From a virus: a stretch of DNA of 64,000 nt. Positions 27,364-39,013 of the stretch are shown in pieces. Under the pieces are notes generated by a model. It had not been told where the DNA came from. It worked only from the letters and a program-made list of their open reading frames with translations, and did no database searches. A program made the translations under genes and the position numbers. The stretch's first letter is position 1, and each line of letters begins with the position of its first letter. Location: IMG/VR virus record IMGVR_UViG_3300025154_000061, positions 1 through 64,000 of that record; one strand, written 5' to 3'.

Positions 27364-29760
27364 ATGATACGAGCGACCCAAACCGACGCCCGCGTGACCC
27401 TCGATCGCTTCGCCGACGATCGCGACGAGGTCTATCGCCTGCTCGATCGGCGCTTCCGCTACAAGGTCGAGGGCTACGAATACGCCCCCGCCTACCAAGC
27501 TCACCGTTGGGATGGTTGGACGCACCTCGTCAAGAAGGCGAGCGGGGTCGCGCTCGTCGTTCCGCTCGGGATCTGGCCCGAGTGCGCCGAGGTGCTCGCC
27601 GAGAACGGGGTCGAGTTCGAGCACGTCGACGAGCGCCGCCCGGTCGCGCCGCTCGACGGCGACGTCGAGTGGGTCGGCCCGACGCTGCGCGACTACCAAC
27701 GCGAGGCCCGCGACGCCGCGATCGCCTCGGGCTCGGGGGTCTTGAAGCTCCCGACCCGCGCGGGGAAGACCTTGATCGCCGCCTCGATCGCGCACGCCCT
27801 ACGCCTGCGGTCGATCTTCGTCGTGCCTTCCGAAATGCTGCTACGTCAGACCGCCGCCGCGTTCGCGAAGGCCCTCTCGGGGCTGCGCGTCTCGACGATC
27901 GGCGACGGCGAGTGGGATAGTTCGGGCGACGTGGTCGTCGCGACGATTCAAACCTTGTCGGCCGTGATAGAGACGAGGCGCTTTCGCACGCTCTCGCGCT
28001 CGTTCGATATTGCTTTTATTGACGAATGCTTTCCGGCCGGGACGCTCGTTGACGGCGTCCCGATTGAGGCGATCCGTGAGGGCGATCTCGTGACAGCCTA
28101 CGATCCCGACTCGGGATCGTTCTCTTCGCGGCGTGTCGCACGCACGTTCAAGCGTCCGGCCCCCGGGGGGCTCGTGACGATCGCCACGACGGCCGGGACT
28201 GTCTCTTGCACGCCGAATCACCCGTTCTTCACCCGGCGTGGTTGGGCGGCCGCCGGGGTGCTTGACGTTGGCGAAATGGTGGCTTACGCTACCGGCCCGA
28301 CGGGGTTAGATGAAAGGGGCGGGGATGAAGCGCAAGGTGATTCAGGGGAAGTGCGTCGAGTGCGGCTCGCAGATCGAGATCGTGGGATACAATCGGTGTC
28401 ACCTTTACGAGACGACGGGCCGGGGGTACTGCTCGGAAGTCTGCAAAAAGACTTGGATGTCCCGCCGTTGGTCAGAAACGATGGCCCGCACGAATCGAGT
28501 TTACGCGTCGGCGAGGATGCGCAAGCACAACCCGATGCACGACCCCGAAGTGCGCGAGGCCGTGACTGCGAAAGCTCGGGCTCGTGGTTGGCCTGTCGGC
28601 GTGCCGCGAGGGGGGAACGGGCACGGGCCGACGAGCGCGCAATCGACGTTGGCACTCGCTCTTGGCTGGGCGATCGAAGTAGCTGTGCCGACGGGCAGGG
28701 GGGCTCGCGCGAAGGGATTCCCGCCTTGCTACAAGATCGACGTAGCGAATCCGGCCGCGAAGATAGCCGTCGAGATCGATGGATCGGGGCACACCTCGAC
28801 GCGCGTCAAGCTAGCCGACGAGCGCAAGGCCGCGTTCTTGCGTGGGCTCGGGTGGAAAGTATTACGATTCAAGAATCAGGAAGTGATATCGGATCTTCCG
28901 ACGGTGATTGCCTCGATTATGTCTACAATTTAGAAGTCGAGGGCGTGCATACATATACGGCGAATGGCTTTGTCGTGCATAATTGCCACCACCTCTCGGG
29001 GCAGGGCGACGCGTGGCGCGCCGCCGCGAATGCGATCGAGGCCCGGCACCGCTTCGGGCTGTCGGCAACGGTCGGGCTCGACCCCGTCGGCGAGAACGAT
29101 GCAACCGACGTTTGGCTTCGCGCCGTCTGCGGCCCGATCGTCTACGAGGTTGCGATCTCGACCTTGATCGAGGCGGGTTACCTCGTGCGGCCGACGATCC
29201 GCTTTTTGCGCCACGGGGCGCCCGATCTGCCTTACGACCGTTGGTCGACGCGCGCCTACGCCGACGGGATCTCGAAGTGCGAGAAGCGCAACGAGAGGAT
29301 CGTCGCCGAGGCTGCGCGCTACGCGGGGCGCGGGCTGCGCGTGCTCGTCGACGTCGCCCGCGTGGGGCACGCCCGAGCCCTCGCCAACGCCTGCGCAAAG
29401 GCCCTTCCGCCCGGCCGGGTCGCCCTACTGCTCGGCACCTCGTCGGGCGACGAGCGCGCGGCCGTCGTGGCGTCGTGGCGTCGTGGCGAAGTGCTCGTCG
29501 TGGTCGGGACGATCCTCGGCGAAGGCGTCGACATTCCCGAACTCTCGGTCGTGATCAACGCCGAGGGGGGCAAGGCGAACGTCTCGGGGCTTCAACGCCT
29601 GCGCAACCTGACGCTCTCGCCCGGTAAGACCGAGGCGATCGTCGTCGAGTTTCTCGACACGCATCACCCGCACCTCTGCGATTGGACGGCACGCCGCCTC
29701 GCGCTCTACAGGCGTGAACGCGCCTTCAAGATCGAGGCTGAACCGAAGGGGGCAACGTGA
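27364..29760 (+). CDS. superfamily 2 (DExH) helicase containing an intein
   Basis: LRDYQ, PTRAGKT, DE|intein|CHH, GLSAT, GEGVDIP motifs. Confidence 0.92.
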   Translation: MIRATQTDARVTLDRFADDRDEVYRLLDRRFRYKVEGYEYAPAYQAHRWDGWTHLVKKASGVALVVPLGIWPECAEVLAENGVEFEHVDERRPVAPLDGDVEWVGPTLRDYQREARDAAIASGSGVLKLPTRAGKTLIAASIAHALRLRSIFVVPSEMLLRQTAAAFAKALSGLRVSTIGDGEWDSSGDVVVATIQTLSAVIETRRFRTLSRSFDIAFIDECFPAGTLVDGVPIEAIREGDLVTAYDPDSGSFSSRRVARTFKRPAPGGLVTIATTAGTVSCTPNHPFFTRRGWAAAGVLDVGEMVAYATGPTGLDERGGDEAQGDSGEVRRVRLADRDRGIQSVSPLRDDGPGVLLGSLQKDLDVPPLVRNDGPHESSLRVGEDAQAQPDARPRSARGRDCESSGSWLACRRAARGERARADERAIDVGTRSWLGDRSSCADGQGGSREGIPALLQDRRSESGREDSRRDRWIGAHLDARQASRRAQGRVLAWARVESITIQESGSDIGSSDGDCLDYVYNLEVEGVHTYTANGFVVHNCHHLSGQGDAWRAAANAIEARHRFGLSATVGLDPVGENDATDVWLRAVCGPIVYEVAISTLIEAGYLVRPTIRFLRHGAPDLPYDRWSTRAYADGISKCEKRNERIVAEAARYAGRGLRVLVDVARVGHARALANACAKALPPGRVALLLGTSSGDERAAVVASWRRGEVLVVVGTILGEGVDIPELSVVINAEGGKANVSGLQRLRNLTLSPGKTEAIVVEFLDTHHPHLCDWTARRLALYRRERAFKIEAEPKGAT
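28262..28290 (+). promoter_or_regulatory. intein-internal sigma70-like promoter TTGACG-N17-TACGCT
   Basis: -35 at 28262-28267, -10 at 28285-28290, 35 nt upstream of nested ATG 28325. Confidence 0.7.
28325..28933 (+). CDS. nested DUF559/Vsr-like PD-(D/E)XK endonuclease with N-terminal Zn finger, in the +1 frame inside the intein
   Basis: CVECG..YCSEVC; HNPMHDPEVR; YKIDVA...IAVEIDGSGH...DERKAAFLRGLGWKVLRFKN; AGGGG RBS; alternative ATG at 28310. Confidence 0.88.
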   Translation: MKRKVIQGKCVECGSQIEIVGYNRCHLYETTGRGYCSEVCKKTWMSRRWSETMARTNRVYASARMRKHNPMHDPEVREAVTAKARARGWPVGVPRGGNGHGPTSAQSTLALALGWAIEVAVPTGRGARAKGFPPCYKIDVANPAAKIAVEIDGSGHTSTRVKLADERKAAFLRGLGWKVLRFKNQEVISDLPTVIASIMSTI

Positions 29761-30002
29761 AGAACCTTCTCGCTTGGTTGGGATTGAAGCCGAGGCCCGC
29801 GAACGGACACGCGACCAATCCTCGCGCGACGCTTCCGGGGGTGCCCGACGTAGATCCGGCGCTCGCGCACTTCCGCCGCGACGACTCGGGGCGCCGCCTC
29901 TGCGCCTGCGGGAACGTGGCGAAGGGCGGGCGGGCGCAGTGTGGGCCGTGCTCGCGCGGCGAGCGCTTCGTTCGCTTCGGGGGAGGCGAACCGAATTTCT
30001 AG
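29757..30002 (+). CDS. small Cys-containing hypothetical protein
   Basis: GTG overlapping the helicase stop; CACG...CGPC. Confidence 0.55.
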   Translation: MKNLLAWLGLKPRPANGHATNPRATLPGVPDVDPALAHFRRDDSGRRLCACGNVAKGGRAQCGPCSRGERFVRFGGGEPNF

Positions 30003-30016
30003 GCTCGGGGGATCCA

Positions 30017-30772
30017 ATGCCGACGCGGGAAGAGATCGTCGCGGGTATCGATCAAGCTCGGGGCCTTACGCCGCCCCTCGAAGTGCTGCGCGCGTGCCGC
30101 CGACTGACGCTGTCGGGGGTGTCGAGCGTTCCGGCGCTCGTTGACGGGCGTTGGTTCGCGGTCGTGTCGACGGCGACCTCGACGTTTGCAATGCCGATCG
30201 CCGGGTCGACCTCGCGCGTCGGCCGCCTCTACGACCGGATCTTCCCGGTCGGGACGCGCTCGGTGCTCTTCGGGGTTCACCATTGGGCGTTGCACCCCGT
30301 GCTCGTCGCGCTGGCGTGGCGCAAGCTCTACGGGGCATGGCCGACGCCTCGCGAGGCCGCCTGTATCTTCGTTCACGATCTCGGCTACCTCGGGAAGCGC
30401 ACGATCGACGGCGCCGACGGCAAGCGTCACCCGGTCGCCGGGGCGACGATCGCCGAGCGCCTCTTCGGCGCCGAGTGGGGGGCGCTCGTGCTCTTCCATT
30501 CGGGCGACTTCGCGAAGGCGAAGGGCGGCGCGATCTCGAAGCTCTACGCCCCCGACAAGCTCTCGTTCTCGCTCTACCCGCGCGCCCTCTATCTCGCCCT
30601 CGCCCGGTTGACGGGCGAGCTTCACGAGTATCGGGCGACGGCCGCGATCGCGGGGGTCGTCGACGAGCACCTTCCCGACGTCGTTTGGTTCGACGTGATC
30701 TCTGCGCGCATGGCGGCGAAGGCTTCAAGATCGGCCGCTGCGTTCAGGGCGGCAGGGGGCGACAGGGGTTGA
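30017..30772 (+). CDS. HD-domain-like phage protein
   Basis: GTRSVLFGVH..LHP, IFVHDLGY, HPVAGA, LFHS, PDKLS motifs. Confidence 0.7.
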   Translation: MPTREEIVAGIDQARGLTPPLEVLRACRRLTLSGVSSVPALVDGRWFAVVSTATSTFAMPIAGSTSRVGRLYDRIFPVGTRSVLFGVHHWALHPVLVALAWRKLYGAWPTPREAACIFVHDLGYLGKRTIDGADGKRHPVAGATIAERLFGAEWGALVLFHSGDFAKAKGGAISKLYAPDKLSFSLYPRALYLALARLTGELHEYRATAAIAGVVDEHLPDVVWFDVISARMAAKASRSAAAFRAAGGDRG

Positions 30773-30932
30773 CGATGCGCGTCGATCGCTGCTACCTTCG
30801 AGCCCGCCTTCCGTTTCCTTCCCATTCGCTCGGGGTCGGCCGGGAGATCGCGCGGGCTGCCTCTCGCGTGATCGCCCACGGGGGCCGACCCTCGCCACGA
30901 TTCGGCCGCACAACGTTACCGCAGGGCGCCGC

Positions 30933-31847
30933 ATGAAGCGCCCCGCCTTCTGCCCGCTCGACGCGCTGCGCGCCTACCTTGGCGCGATTGCGAGCGGGCT
31001 CGGGGGCGACGGGGCGATCGAGCAGATCGCGCGCGTGACGCAGTGTTCCCGGGCTGGCGTCTACCGCCTGCTCGACGATCTTCGCGGGGTGGGGCTCGTG
31101 AACGGCGATCGCCTCGTGCTCTTCGCAAAGGGGTTGACGGTTCATTCTCATGCGCCGGGCGAAGAGTGCGCGGGCGAGATCGTGCTGACGCTCGCCGAGT
31201 CGGCCGATATGCTCGCCTGCGCTGCCGCCGGGCCGCTGCCGTGCGCCAACCTTCCGCTTGCGCTGTTGCCCGAAGAGCGCGCCAAGCTCGCCGCCGAGCT
31301 TCGACAAGGGGCGGCCGAGATCTGCGTCGTGCGCGAGAGGCGCCGCGAGAAGATCACGCCCGACGACGAATACCTCTTTCGGCTCTACTCGGCCCGTCGC
31401 GTGCGGATCGACGTGGCGTGGTCGGGCGGTCGCTGCCCGAAGAAGATCGCCGACGCCCGGCGCCTGCTCGTGCGACACCACGTCGAGAAGCCGCAGTTCG
31501 CCGCCTATCTCGATTGGCTTTTCGAGAACTTCCCGAAGTGGTCGAAAGAGAAATTGCACTACCCGCCGATCGGGATCGTGGCGTCGCAGTCGGTGATCGA
31601 CTCGTTTGTCGCGACGCTCGGGGAACGCCCGTTGAACTGGCGACGCGCCGTCGAGATTCTCGCCGAGGGGGGCTTCGCCGACGTCAACGTCTTCGTCGCC
31701 CTCGACGTCGCCAAGATCGCTCGCGCCAAGAACCGCGACCCGCGCACGCTGCGCGGGCTCGACGGGCGCTACCCCGACGCGGTCGCCTACCTGCTCGAAC
31801 GCTACGCCGAGATCGGGATCCTACCCACCGAAGAGGCCGCCCTATGA
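30933..31847 (+). CDS. hypothetical protein with N-terminal wHTH-like segment (possible replication initiator/loader)
   Basis: IARVTQCSRAGVYRLLDDL helix-turn-helix-like; coupled to the DnaB gene. Confidence 0.5.
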   Translation: MKRPAFCPLDALRAYLGAIASGLGGDGAIEQIARVTQCSRAGVYRLLDDLRGVGLVNGDRLVLFAKGLTVHSHAPGEECAGEIVLTLAESADMLACAAAGPLPCANLPLALLPEERAKLAAELRQGAAEICVVRERRREKITPDDEYLFRLYSARRVRIDVAWSGGRCPKKIADARRLLVRHHVEKPQFAAYLDWLFENFPKWSKEKLHYPPIGIVASQSVIDSFVATLGERPLNWRRAVEILAEGGFADVNVFVALDVAKIARAKNRDPRTLRGLDGRYPDAVAYLLERYAEIGILPTEEAAL

Positions 31848-33169
31848 CCACGACGATCGACGTAGAGTTCGAGCGAGACGTTGTCGCCTCGTGCCTGCGC
31901 GACGAAGACTTCGTGCGCGCTGCGCTGCCTACGCTCTCGCGGCACAATTTCTCGTCGAAGCCCCTCGCGTTCCTGTGGGATGCGATCTCGACGAACTTCG
32001 TCGGCTCGCGCGAGCTTGTGACGCCGCGCCTGCTCTTCGCCAGGATCGATCGCGACTTCGCCCGCGAGGAAGAGCGCGACTTCATGCTCGACGTCGTGCG
32101 CGGGCTCTACGCCCGCAAGCCTGCCGCGCCGCGATCGTCGCTCGACCAGATCCGCGAGTTCGTGCGCCTGACCTCGGCCCGCGACACCGTCGGCGAGATC
32201 CTCGAAGGGCTTGACTCGGGGGATCTCGCGCGGGCCGAGGCCGCCATGATTGCCGGGATCGAGCGCGCGAGGAAGGTCGTCGACGACGACGAGCCCGTCG
32301 AGTGGGCGACGTCGGCCTCGGCCCGCCTCGATCGCTACCGCCGCGAGAAGTCGATCGCCTCGATCAAGACGCCGCTCGAATCGCTGAACCGCTTCCTCGG
32401 GGGCGGGATGCGCCCCGGGCACCTTGGCTTGATCGTGGCGACGACGAACGTCGGCAAGTCGTCGCTCGCGACTGACTTCGGCTACTGCGCCGCCTTCCAT
32501 TCCGACGCCGCCGTGATTCACCTCACGACCGAAGAGCCCGAATTCGAGCAGTCGGCCCGCTACGACAGCCGCTTCACGGGGATCGAGCGTTCGAAGTTCT
32601 TGCGGGGGGATCTGAGCGAGGCCGAAGAGATCTTCTACCTCGACCGCTTCAAGAGGCGCGAGGCCGAGATCAACCGGATCGCCGTGAAGGAAATCGGGAC
32701 CGGGGGAAGCGCCGTTGTCGTGCGCCTGCTCGCCGAGTGGGCGAGAAGGAAGCACCCGACGCGGCCCCTGCTCGTGATCGTCGACACGCCCGATCAATTG
32801 AAGATGCCGGGCAAGAGCGAGTCGAAGCGCCTCGACGCGACCGACGTCTATCTCGGGCTGCGTGGCATGGCGTTAGACAAGTCTTTAGCCCCGATCGCGG
32901 TGTGGGCAGTCACCCACGCCCCGGCCGCGTTCGAGGGGAAGAGCTTGACCCCGAAGGCCGTCAGCGAGTCTTACGACAAGGCGCGCTGTGCCTCGGTCAT
33001 GGTAGGCGCCGAGGAAAAGGGCGATCTGCCGTCGGGCAAGAAGACGATCGTCGTGCGAATCGTGAAGAACCGTCTCGGCCCCGTGAAGCATTACCGGATT
33101 TACACCGAGGCAGACTTCGGGATCTGCAAGTTCGAAGAGGTCGCGGGATGCGAGGAAGACGAGGAATAG
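31844..33169 (+). CDS. dnaB: DnaB-like replicative helicase
   Basis: Walker A ATTNVGKSS, LTTEE, VIVD, IVKNRLG; DnaB-like N-terminus. Confidence 0.85.
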   Translation: MTTTIDVEFERDVVASCLRDEDFVRAALPTLSRHNFSSKPLAFLWDAISTNFVGSRELVTPRLLFARIDRDFAREEERDFMLDVVRGLYARKPAAPRSSLDQIREFVRLTSARDTVGEILEGLDSGDLARAEAAMIAGIERARKVVDDDEPVEWATSASARLDRYRREKSIASIKTPLESLNRFLGGGMRPGHLGLIVATTNVGKSSLATDFGYCAAFHSDAAVIHLTTEEPEFEQSARYDSRFTGIERSKFLRGDLSEAEEIFYLDRFKRREAEINRIAVKEIGTGGSAVVVRLLAEWARRKHPTRPLLVIVDTPDQLKMPGKSESKRLDATDVYLGLRGMALDKSLAPIAVWAVTHAPAAFEGKSLTPKAVSESYDKARCASVMVGAEEKGDLPSGKKTIVVRIVKNRLGPVKHYRIYTEADFGICKFEEVAGCEEDEE

Positions 33170-34179
33170 CCCGCGCCTTCGACGTCGAGGGCTACGTCGA
33201 TCGCGAGATCGGGGTCGTCTCTCGCTCGACCGGGAAGCACGGCGCCGAGTTGATCTGCGTCTGCCCGTTCTGCGGGCGCCCGAAGCTCTACGTCAACGTC
33301 GAGTCGGGGCTTTGGGTCTGCTACCGCTGCGCGCCGAAGGGCGGCACCGTGATCGACCTCGTCGCCAAGACGCAGGGGATCCCGCGATCGCAGGCTCGCG
33401 AGATCGTCGCCGACCCGAAGAGCGCCCCGGGCGAGTCGCTCGAACGGATCGCCGAGCGGGCCGCCGCCTCGCTCGACGAAGAGGCCCGGCACGAGCGGCG
33501 GATCGACGCCCCGCGCGTCTCGCTCGACGTGGGGCTGCCCGACGAGTTCGTGCCGATCTTCGACGCCGCCTCGGGGACGTGGCGGATCCCCGACTACTGC
33601 CGCGAGAGGGGCATTCGCGGCCGCACCGCCCGCGCCTACGGCCTCGGCTATTGCACGGGCGGCCGCTACGGCGGGCGGTTGATCTTCCCGGCGCACGTCT
33701 TCGGCGAGACGGTCACGTTCCAAGGGCGGATCATGCGCCCGCTGGCAGACGACGAGCACGTTCCGAAGTATCTCGGCCCGTCGGTCGAGAAGAGCGTCGC
33801 CGTCTACGGGCTCGACGAGGCGATCGGGGTGCGCCGCGTGGCGCTCGTCGAGGGGCCGATTGACGTCGTGAAGCTCTATCAATTCGGCGTGCCTGCGGTC
33901 GCCCTTATGGGCAAGTCGGCGAGCATGGGGCAGGCGACCACGCTTTCGCGAGCGGGGTTCAGGTCGATCGACCTACTGCTTGACGCCGACGATCCGGGGA
34001 TAGAAGCTCGCGCCGACGCCGTCGCGGTCTTGGGTCTGACCTTCGACGTTAGACTTGCCTTTCTACCCTACGGGGTCGATCCGGGGTCTGCGACCCGCGA
34101 CCAAGTCGAAGACGCTCTCGCCCTCGCCCGTGCCCCGAAACTTAGCGAAACGATTGGCCGATCTAGAAAAGCGACGTGA
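33148..34179 (+). CDS. DNA primase (Zn finger + TOPRIM)
   Basis: CPFCG..CYRC, GRLIFP, FQGR, PKYL, VEGPIDV, LLDADDPG; start codon uncertain. Confidence 0.88.
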   Translation: MRGRRGIARAFDVEGYVDREIGVVSRSTGKHGAELICVCPFCGRPKLYVNVESGLWVCYRCAPKGGTVIDLVAKTQGIPRSQAREIVADPKSAPGESLERIAERAAASLDEEARHERRIDAPRVSLDVGLPDEFVPIFDAASGTWRIPDYCRERGIRGRTARAYGLGYCTGGRYGGRLIFPAHVFGETVTFQGRIMRPLADDEHVPKYLGPSVEKSVAVYGLDEAIGVRRVALVEGPIDVVKLYQFGVPAVALMGKSASMGQATTLSRAGFRSIDLLLDADDPGIEARADAVAVLGLTFDVRLAFLPYGVDPGSATRDQVEDALALARAPKLSETIGRSRKAT

Positions 34180-34184
34180 TCTTT

Positions 34185-34226
34185 TCAAAAAGTATTGACG
34201 TGCCTATCCTCCCCGACTATACCTGT
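34185..34226 (+). promoter_or_regulatory. duplicated promoter cassette copy 1 (TCAAAAAGTATTGAC-N11-CCCCGACTATACCTGT)
   Basis: Same flanks and spacing as 35285-35326; TTGACG-N17-TATACC. Confidence 0.75.
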
Positions 34227-34261
34227 AGTCGACCGCCACGACGGCGGGGAAGGGGCACCCA

Positions 34262-35194
34262 ATGACGACCGAACGACCGACGCTGCGATTCGGGGTTGCG
34301 ACCGTTGCAGTTCGTGACGACCTGACGCCTTACGACGAAGTCTTCGTTCCCGAGTGGGACGAGAATTTCCAAGTCGACGACCGGCTCTTCGAGACGCTCG
34401 CCGTCTGCGCCGCCGACGATATCCCCGCGCTGCTCGTCGGCCCGGCCGGGTGTGGCAAGACGCAGGGCGTCAGAATGATCGCCGCCCTTCTGAATCAGCC
34501 CGTGCGCAAGATCTCGCTGAACGCCGACGTGCGGTCGAGCGACTTCGTCGGGCAGAAGTCGATCGACGTCGACGAGGCGACGGGCACCTCGATCGTCACC
34601 TTCAAAGACGGGATCCTTCCCGACGCTATGCGGCGCGGTCATTGGTTGGTTCTCGACGAGTTCGACGCCACGCCCCCGGGGATCGCCTTCGTGCTGCAAA
34701 GCGTGCTCGAACCCGGTCACGTCTTGACGCTGCTCGACAACTACGGCGAAGTCGTGACCCCGCACCCGAGCTTCCGCCTCTTCGCCACGGGCAACACGAT
34801 CGGCAAGGGCGACGAGTCGGGACTCTACACCGGAACGAACGTCATGAACGAGGCGACGCTTGATCGCTTCGTCACGATCGAATGCACCTACGTTGTCCCG
34901 TCGGTCGAGTGCGAGATCCTGACCTCGAAGACGGGCGTCGCCGCGCAGATCGCGAAGCGCCTCGTCGACGTGGCGACGCTCGTTCGGCAGGGGTTCGACA
35001 AGAACGAGTGTTTCTGCACCTTCTCGACGCGCCGCCTGCTCGCGTGGGCTGCCTTCACGACCCGGTTCGGCGCCAACGACGCCGCCGTCGTGCGGGGCTA
35101 CAAGCTCGCGGTCGCCTCGAAGCTCGGCCGCGAGGATCGGCTCTACGTCGCCGGGGTCGTTCAGCGTGTGATCGGCCTCGACGTCGCTCGCTAA
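34262..35194 (+). CDS. MoxR/CobS/CbbQ-NirQ-type AAA+ ATPase
   Basis: GPAGCGKT, LVLDEFD, FRLFATGNT, NEATLDRF, FSTRRLLAW. Confidence 0.9.
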   Translation: MTTERPTLRFGVATVAVRDDLTPYDEVFVPEWDENFQVDDRLFETLAVCAADDIPALLVGPAGCGKTQGVRMIAALLNQPVRKISLNADVRSSDFVGQKSIDVDEATGTSIVTFKDGILPDAMRRGHWLVLDEFDATPPGIAFVLQSVLEPGHVLTLLDNYGEVVTPHPSFRLFATGNTIGKGDESGLYTGTNVMNEATLDRFVTIECTYVVPSVECEILTSKTGVAAQIAKRLVDVATLVRQGFDKNECFCTFSTRRLLAWAAFTTRFGANDAAVVRGYKLAVASKLGREDRLYVAGVVQRVIGLDVAR

Positions 35195-35284
35195 CCCCGC
35201 CCCGTCGGTGTGCATCATGAAGAAAATCGACCCTCGCCCCGGCCGCCCTCGGGGCGGGGCTGCGCCTCTCGTGTCGATTTCTAG

Positions 35285-35326
35285 TCAAAAAGTATTGACC
35301 CGTTGCGGCGCCCCGACTATACCTGT
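35285..35326 (+). promoter_or_regulatory. duplicated promoter cassette copy 2
   Basis: TCAAAAAGTATTGACC...CCCCGACTATACCTGT upstream of the vWA gene. Confidence 0.75.
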
Positions 35327-35359
35327 GGGCGAGGGCACGACGCCCGAGGGGTTGACGAA

Positions 35360-37645
<2,286 letters not shown>

Positions 37646-37649
37646 GGTC

Positions 37650-38291
37650 ATGGGGCAGATCGCGAAGGCAGTCGCGCTCGAAGTTCGTCAGTTCGCCCGC
37701 ACGGCTACCCGGGCGATTCTCTTCCGGTTCCCGTGCGAGGCCGATCGGGAAGACCTCGAACAAGAGGCGGCGATCGGGATCCTGCGCGCGCTCGGGAAGC
37801 TCGACGACGCGCGGCCCGAGGCCGAGCGCCGCTCGTTCTTGATCTGCGCGGGGCGTCGAGCCGCGATCGACGCGCTGCGGCACCGCAAGCGGCACGCGCG
37901 CGACGTTCTCGGGTTCGTGCCCGTAGAAGAGTCGGTCGATTGGAACGGCGCCGCCTTCGTGGGCTGCCGCGACGGCGTGCCGTCAACGGATCCGTGGGGC
38001 GAGTTCGCCTCGGCCGACGACCCCGACGGCGCGTTCGTGACCGCCGAGATCGCGGCGCGGATCGTTGACGTGCTCGAACTGGCCGAGTCGCGCATGACCC
38101 CGGGGCAGCGGGCGATCTTCCGCGCCCGCGTCTACGGCGAGATCGTGCCCGAGCAGTTCGCGCACGTCTCGCAGTCGGGGGTTCGGGATTTGGCGGCGCG
38201 TGCCCGTGCGTGCGTGAACGCGGCTTCGAGGGATCTAGGATGCGTCGATTTGATTGGTCCCGTCGAGTGCGTCGACTTGCTCGCGATCTAG
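37650..38291 (+). CDS. phage RNA polymerase sigma factor (sigma70 family, region 2 + region 4-like)
   Basis: DREDLEQEAAIGILRAL..D...SF....RRAAIDALR (region 2); MTPGQRAIF...VSQSGVR (region 4-like). Confidence 0.8.
   Translation: MGQIAKAVALEVRQFARTATRAILFRFPCEADREDLEQEAAIGILRALGKLDDARPEAERRSFLICAGRRAAIDALRHRKRHARDVLGFVPVEESVDWNGAAFVGCRDGVPSTDPWGEFASADDPDGAFVTAEIAARIVDVLELAESRMTPGQRAIFRARVYGEIVPEQFAHVSQSGVRDLAARARACVNAASRDLGCVDLIGPVECVDLLAI
37900..37927 (+). promoter_or_regulatory. GCGACG-N16-CGTAGA motif inside the sigma gene
   Basis: Exact match to the recurring motif. Confidence 0.55.
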
Positions 38292-39013
38292 GCGACCGGC
38301 CCGAGTGCGTGGGGCACTACGAGGCGGGCAATCTAGAGTGCGACGGCTCGCCCTCGTGCGCGTGGCGCGCGCCGTGCCGTGCCTATCGCGATCACTGCGC
38401 GATCCGGGGGATCAACCCCGAGGTCGAGAAGGCCGCGACGCCGCCCGACGCGCTCAATGCGTTGATCTTCGCCGTGCTTCGGCAAGCCCCGCCCGAGGGT
38501 GGGTATGCCCGTGCCCACAATTCAACGCGGGGCTGGCGCCGCTTCCTCGACGCCTACGTCGACGCGCTGCCCGAGGGCGTGGTCGTGCAAGCGTCGCGCG
38601 ACGTCGCCCTCGTTGGCGAACTCTACGTCGTGACGTGGGCAGGGCGCCGCGAGGGGCGCATTCGCGCGGGCGGGATCCGGGTGCGAACGACGATGAAGGG
38701 GAACGAGATCCCGATCGTGCGTTACTGGCCGACGCGTTACGACCGCATGACGCCCGAGATCGAGATTCGGGCAGATCTCGCACGCCTGCTCGAAGTCTTT
38801 CCGGCCGCCCGGGGGATCCCGTGGCGTTGGTCGGAAAAGCACGCGAACGGCGAGGCGAAACGCCCGCTCGGCTCGCTTGCGTCGAAGGTGCCGTCGGAAC
38901 GGATCGAGGATATCGCCCGGCTCGCCGCCCGCGCTCTCGGGGCAGGCTTGATCCGCGACTGCCGCGTTCGCGGTTCGGGCGTCGAAGTCAAAGGGAAGGG
39001 GGAACGATCATGA
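38240..39013 (+). CDS. hypothetical protein with N-terminal Cys cluster
   Basis: PECVGHY...ECDG..CAW..C; codon usage; start uncertain. Confidence 0.55.
   Translation: MRRFDWSRRVRRLARDLGDRPECVGHYEAGNLECDGSPSCAWRAPCRAYRDHCAIRGINPEVEKAATPPDALNALIFAVLRQAPPEGGYARAHNSTRGWRRFLDAYVDALPEGVVVQASRDVALVGELYVVTWAGRREGRIRAGGIRVRTTMKGNEIPIVRYWPTRYDRMTPEIEIRADLARLLEVFPAARGIPWRWSEKHANGEAKRPLGSLASKVPSERIEDIARLAARALGAGLIRDCRVRGSGVEVKGKGERS

Larger units (their letters stand above)
28027..28983 (+). mobile_element. intein (319 aa) in the helicase DECH motif
   Basis: Block A CFPAGTLV, block B TPNHPF, block F YVYNLEVEG, block G FVVHN followed by Cys; excision restores IDECHH. Confidence 0.93.

Noticed and set aside
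28027-28983. Split intein or group I intron interpretation of the nuclease-bearing inserts
   Set aside because: Both host frames are continuous with no stop, and the N- and C-terminal splicing blocks are in the same ORF; no intron boundary is needed to restore the frame.
30775-30936. Short ORF MRVDRCYL... between the HD gene and 30933
   Set aside because: Atypical codon usage and no recognisable motif; cannot support it as a gene.
33166-33168. Non-canonical ATA start for the primase
   Set aside because: An in-frame ATG at 33148 with a GAGG RBS explains the gene; the start cannot be resolved further.
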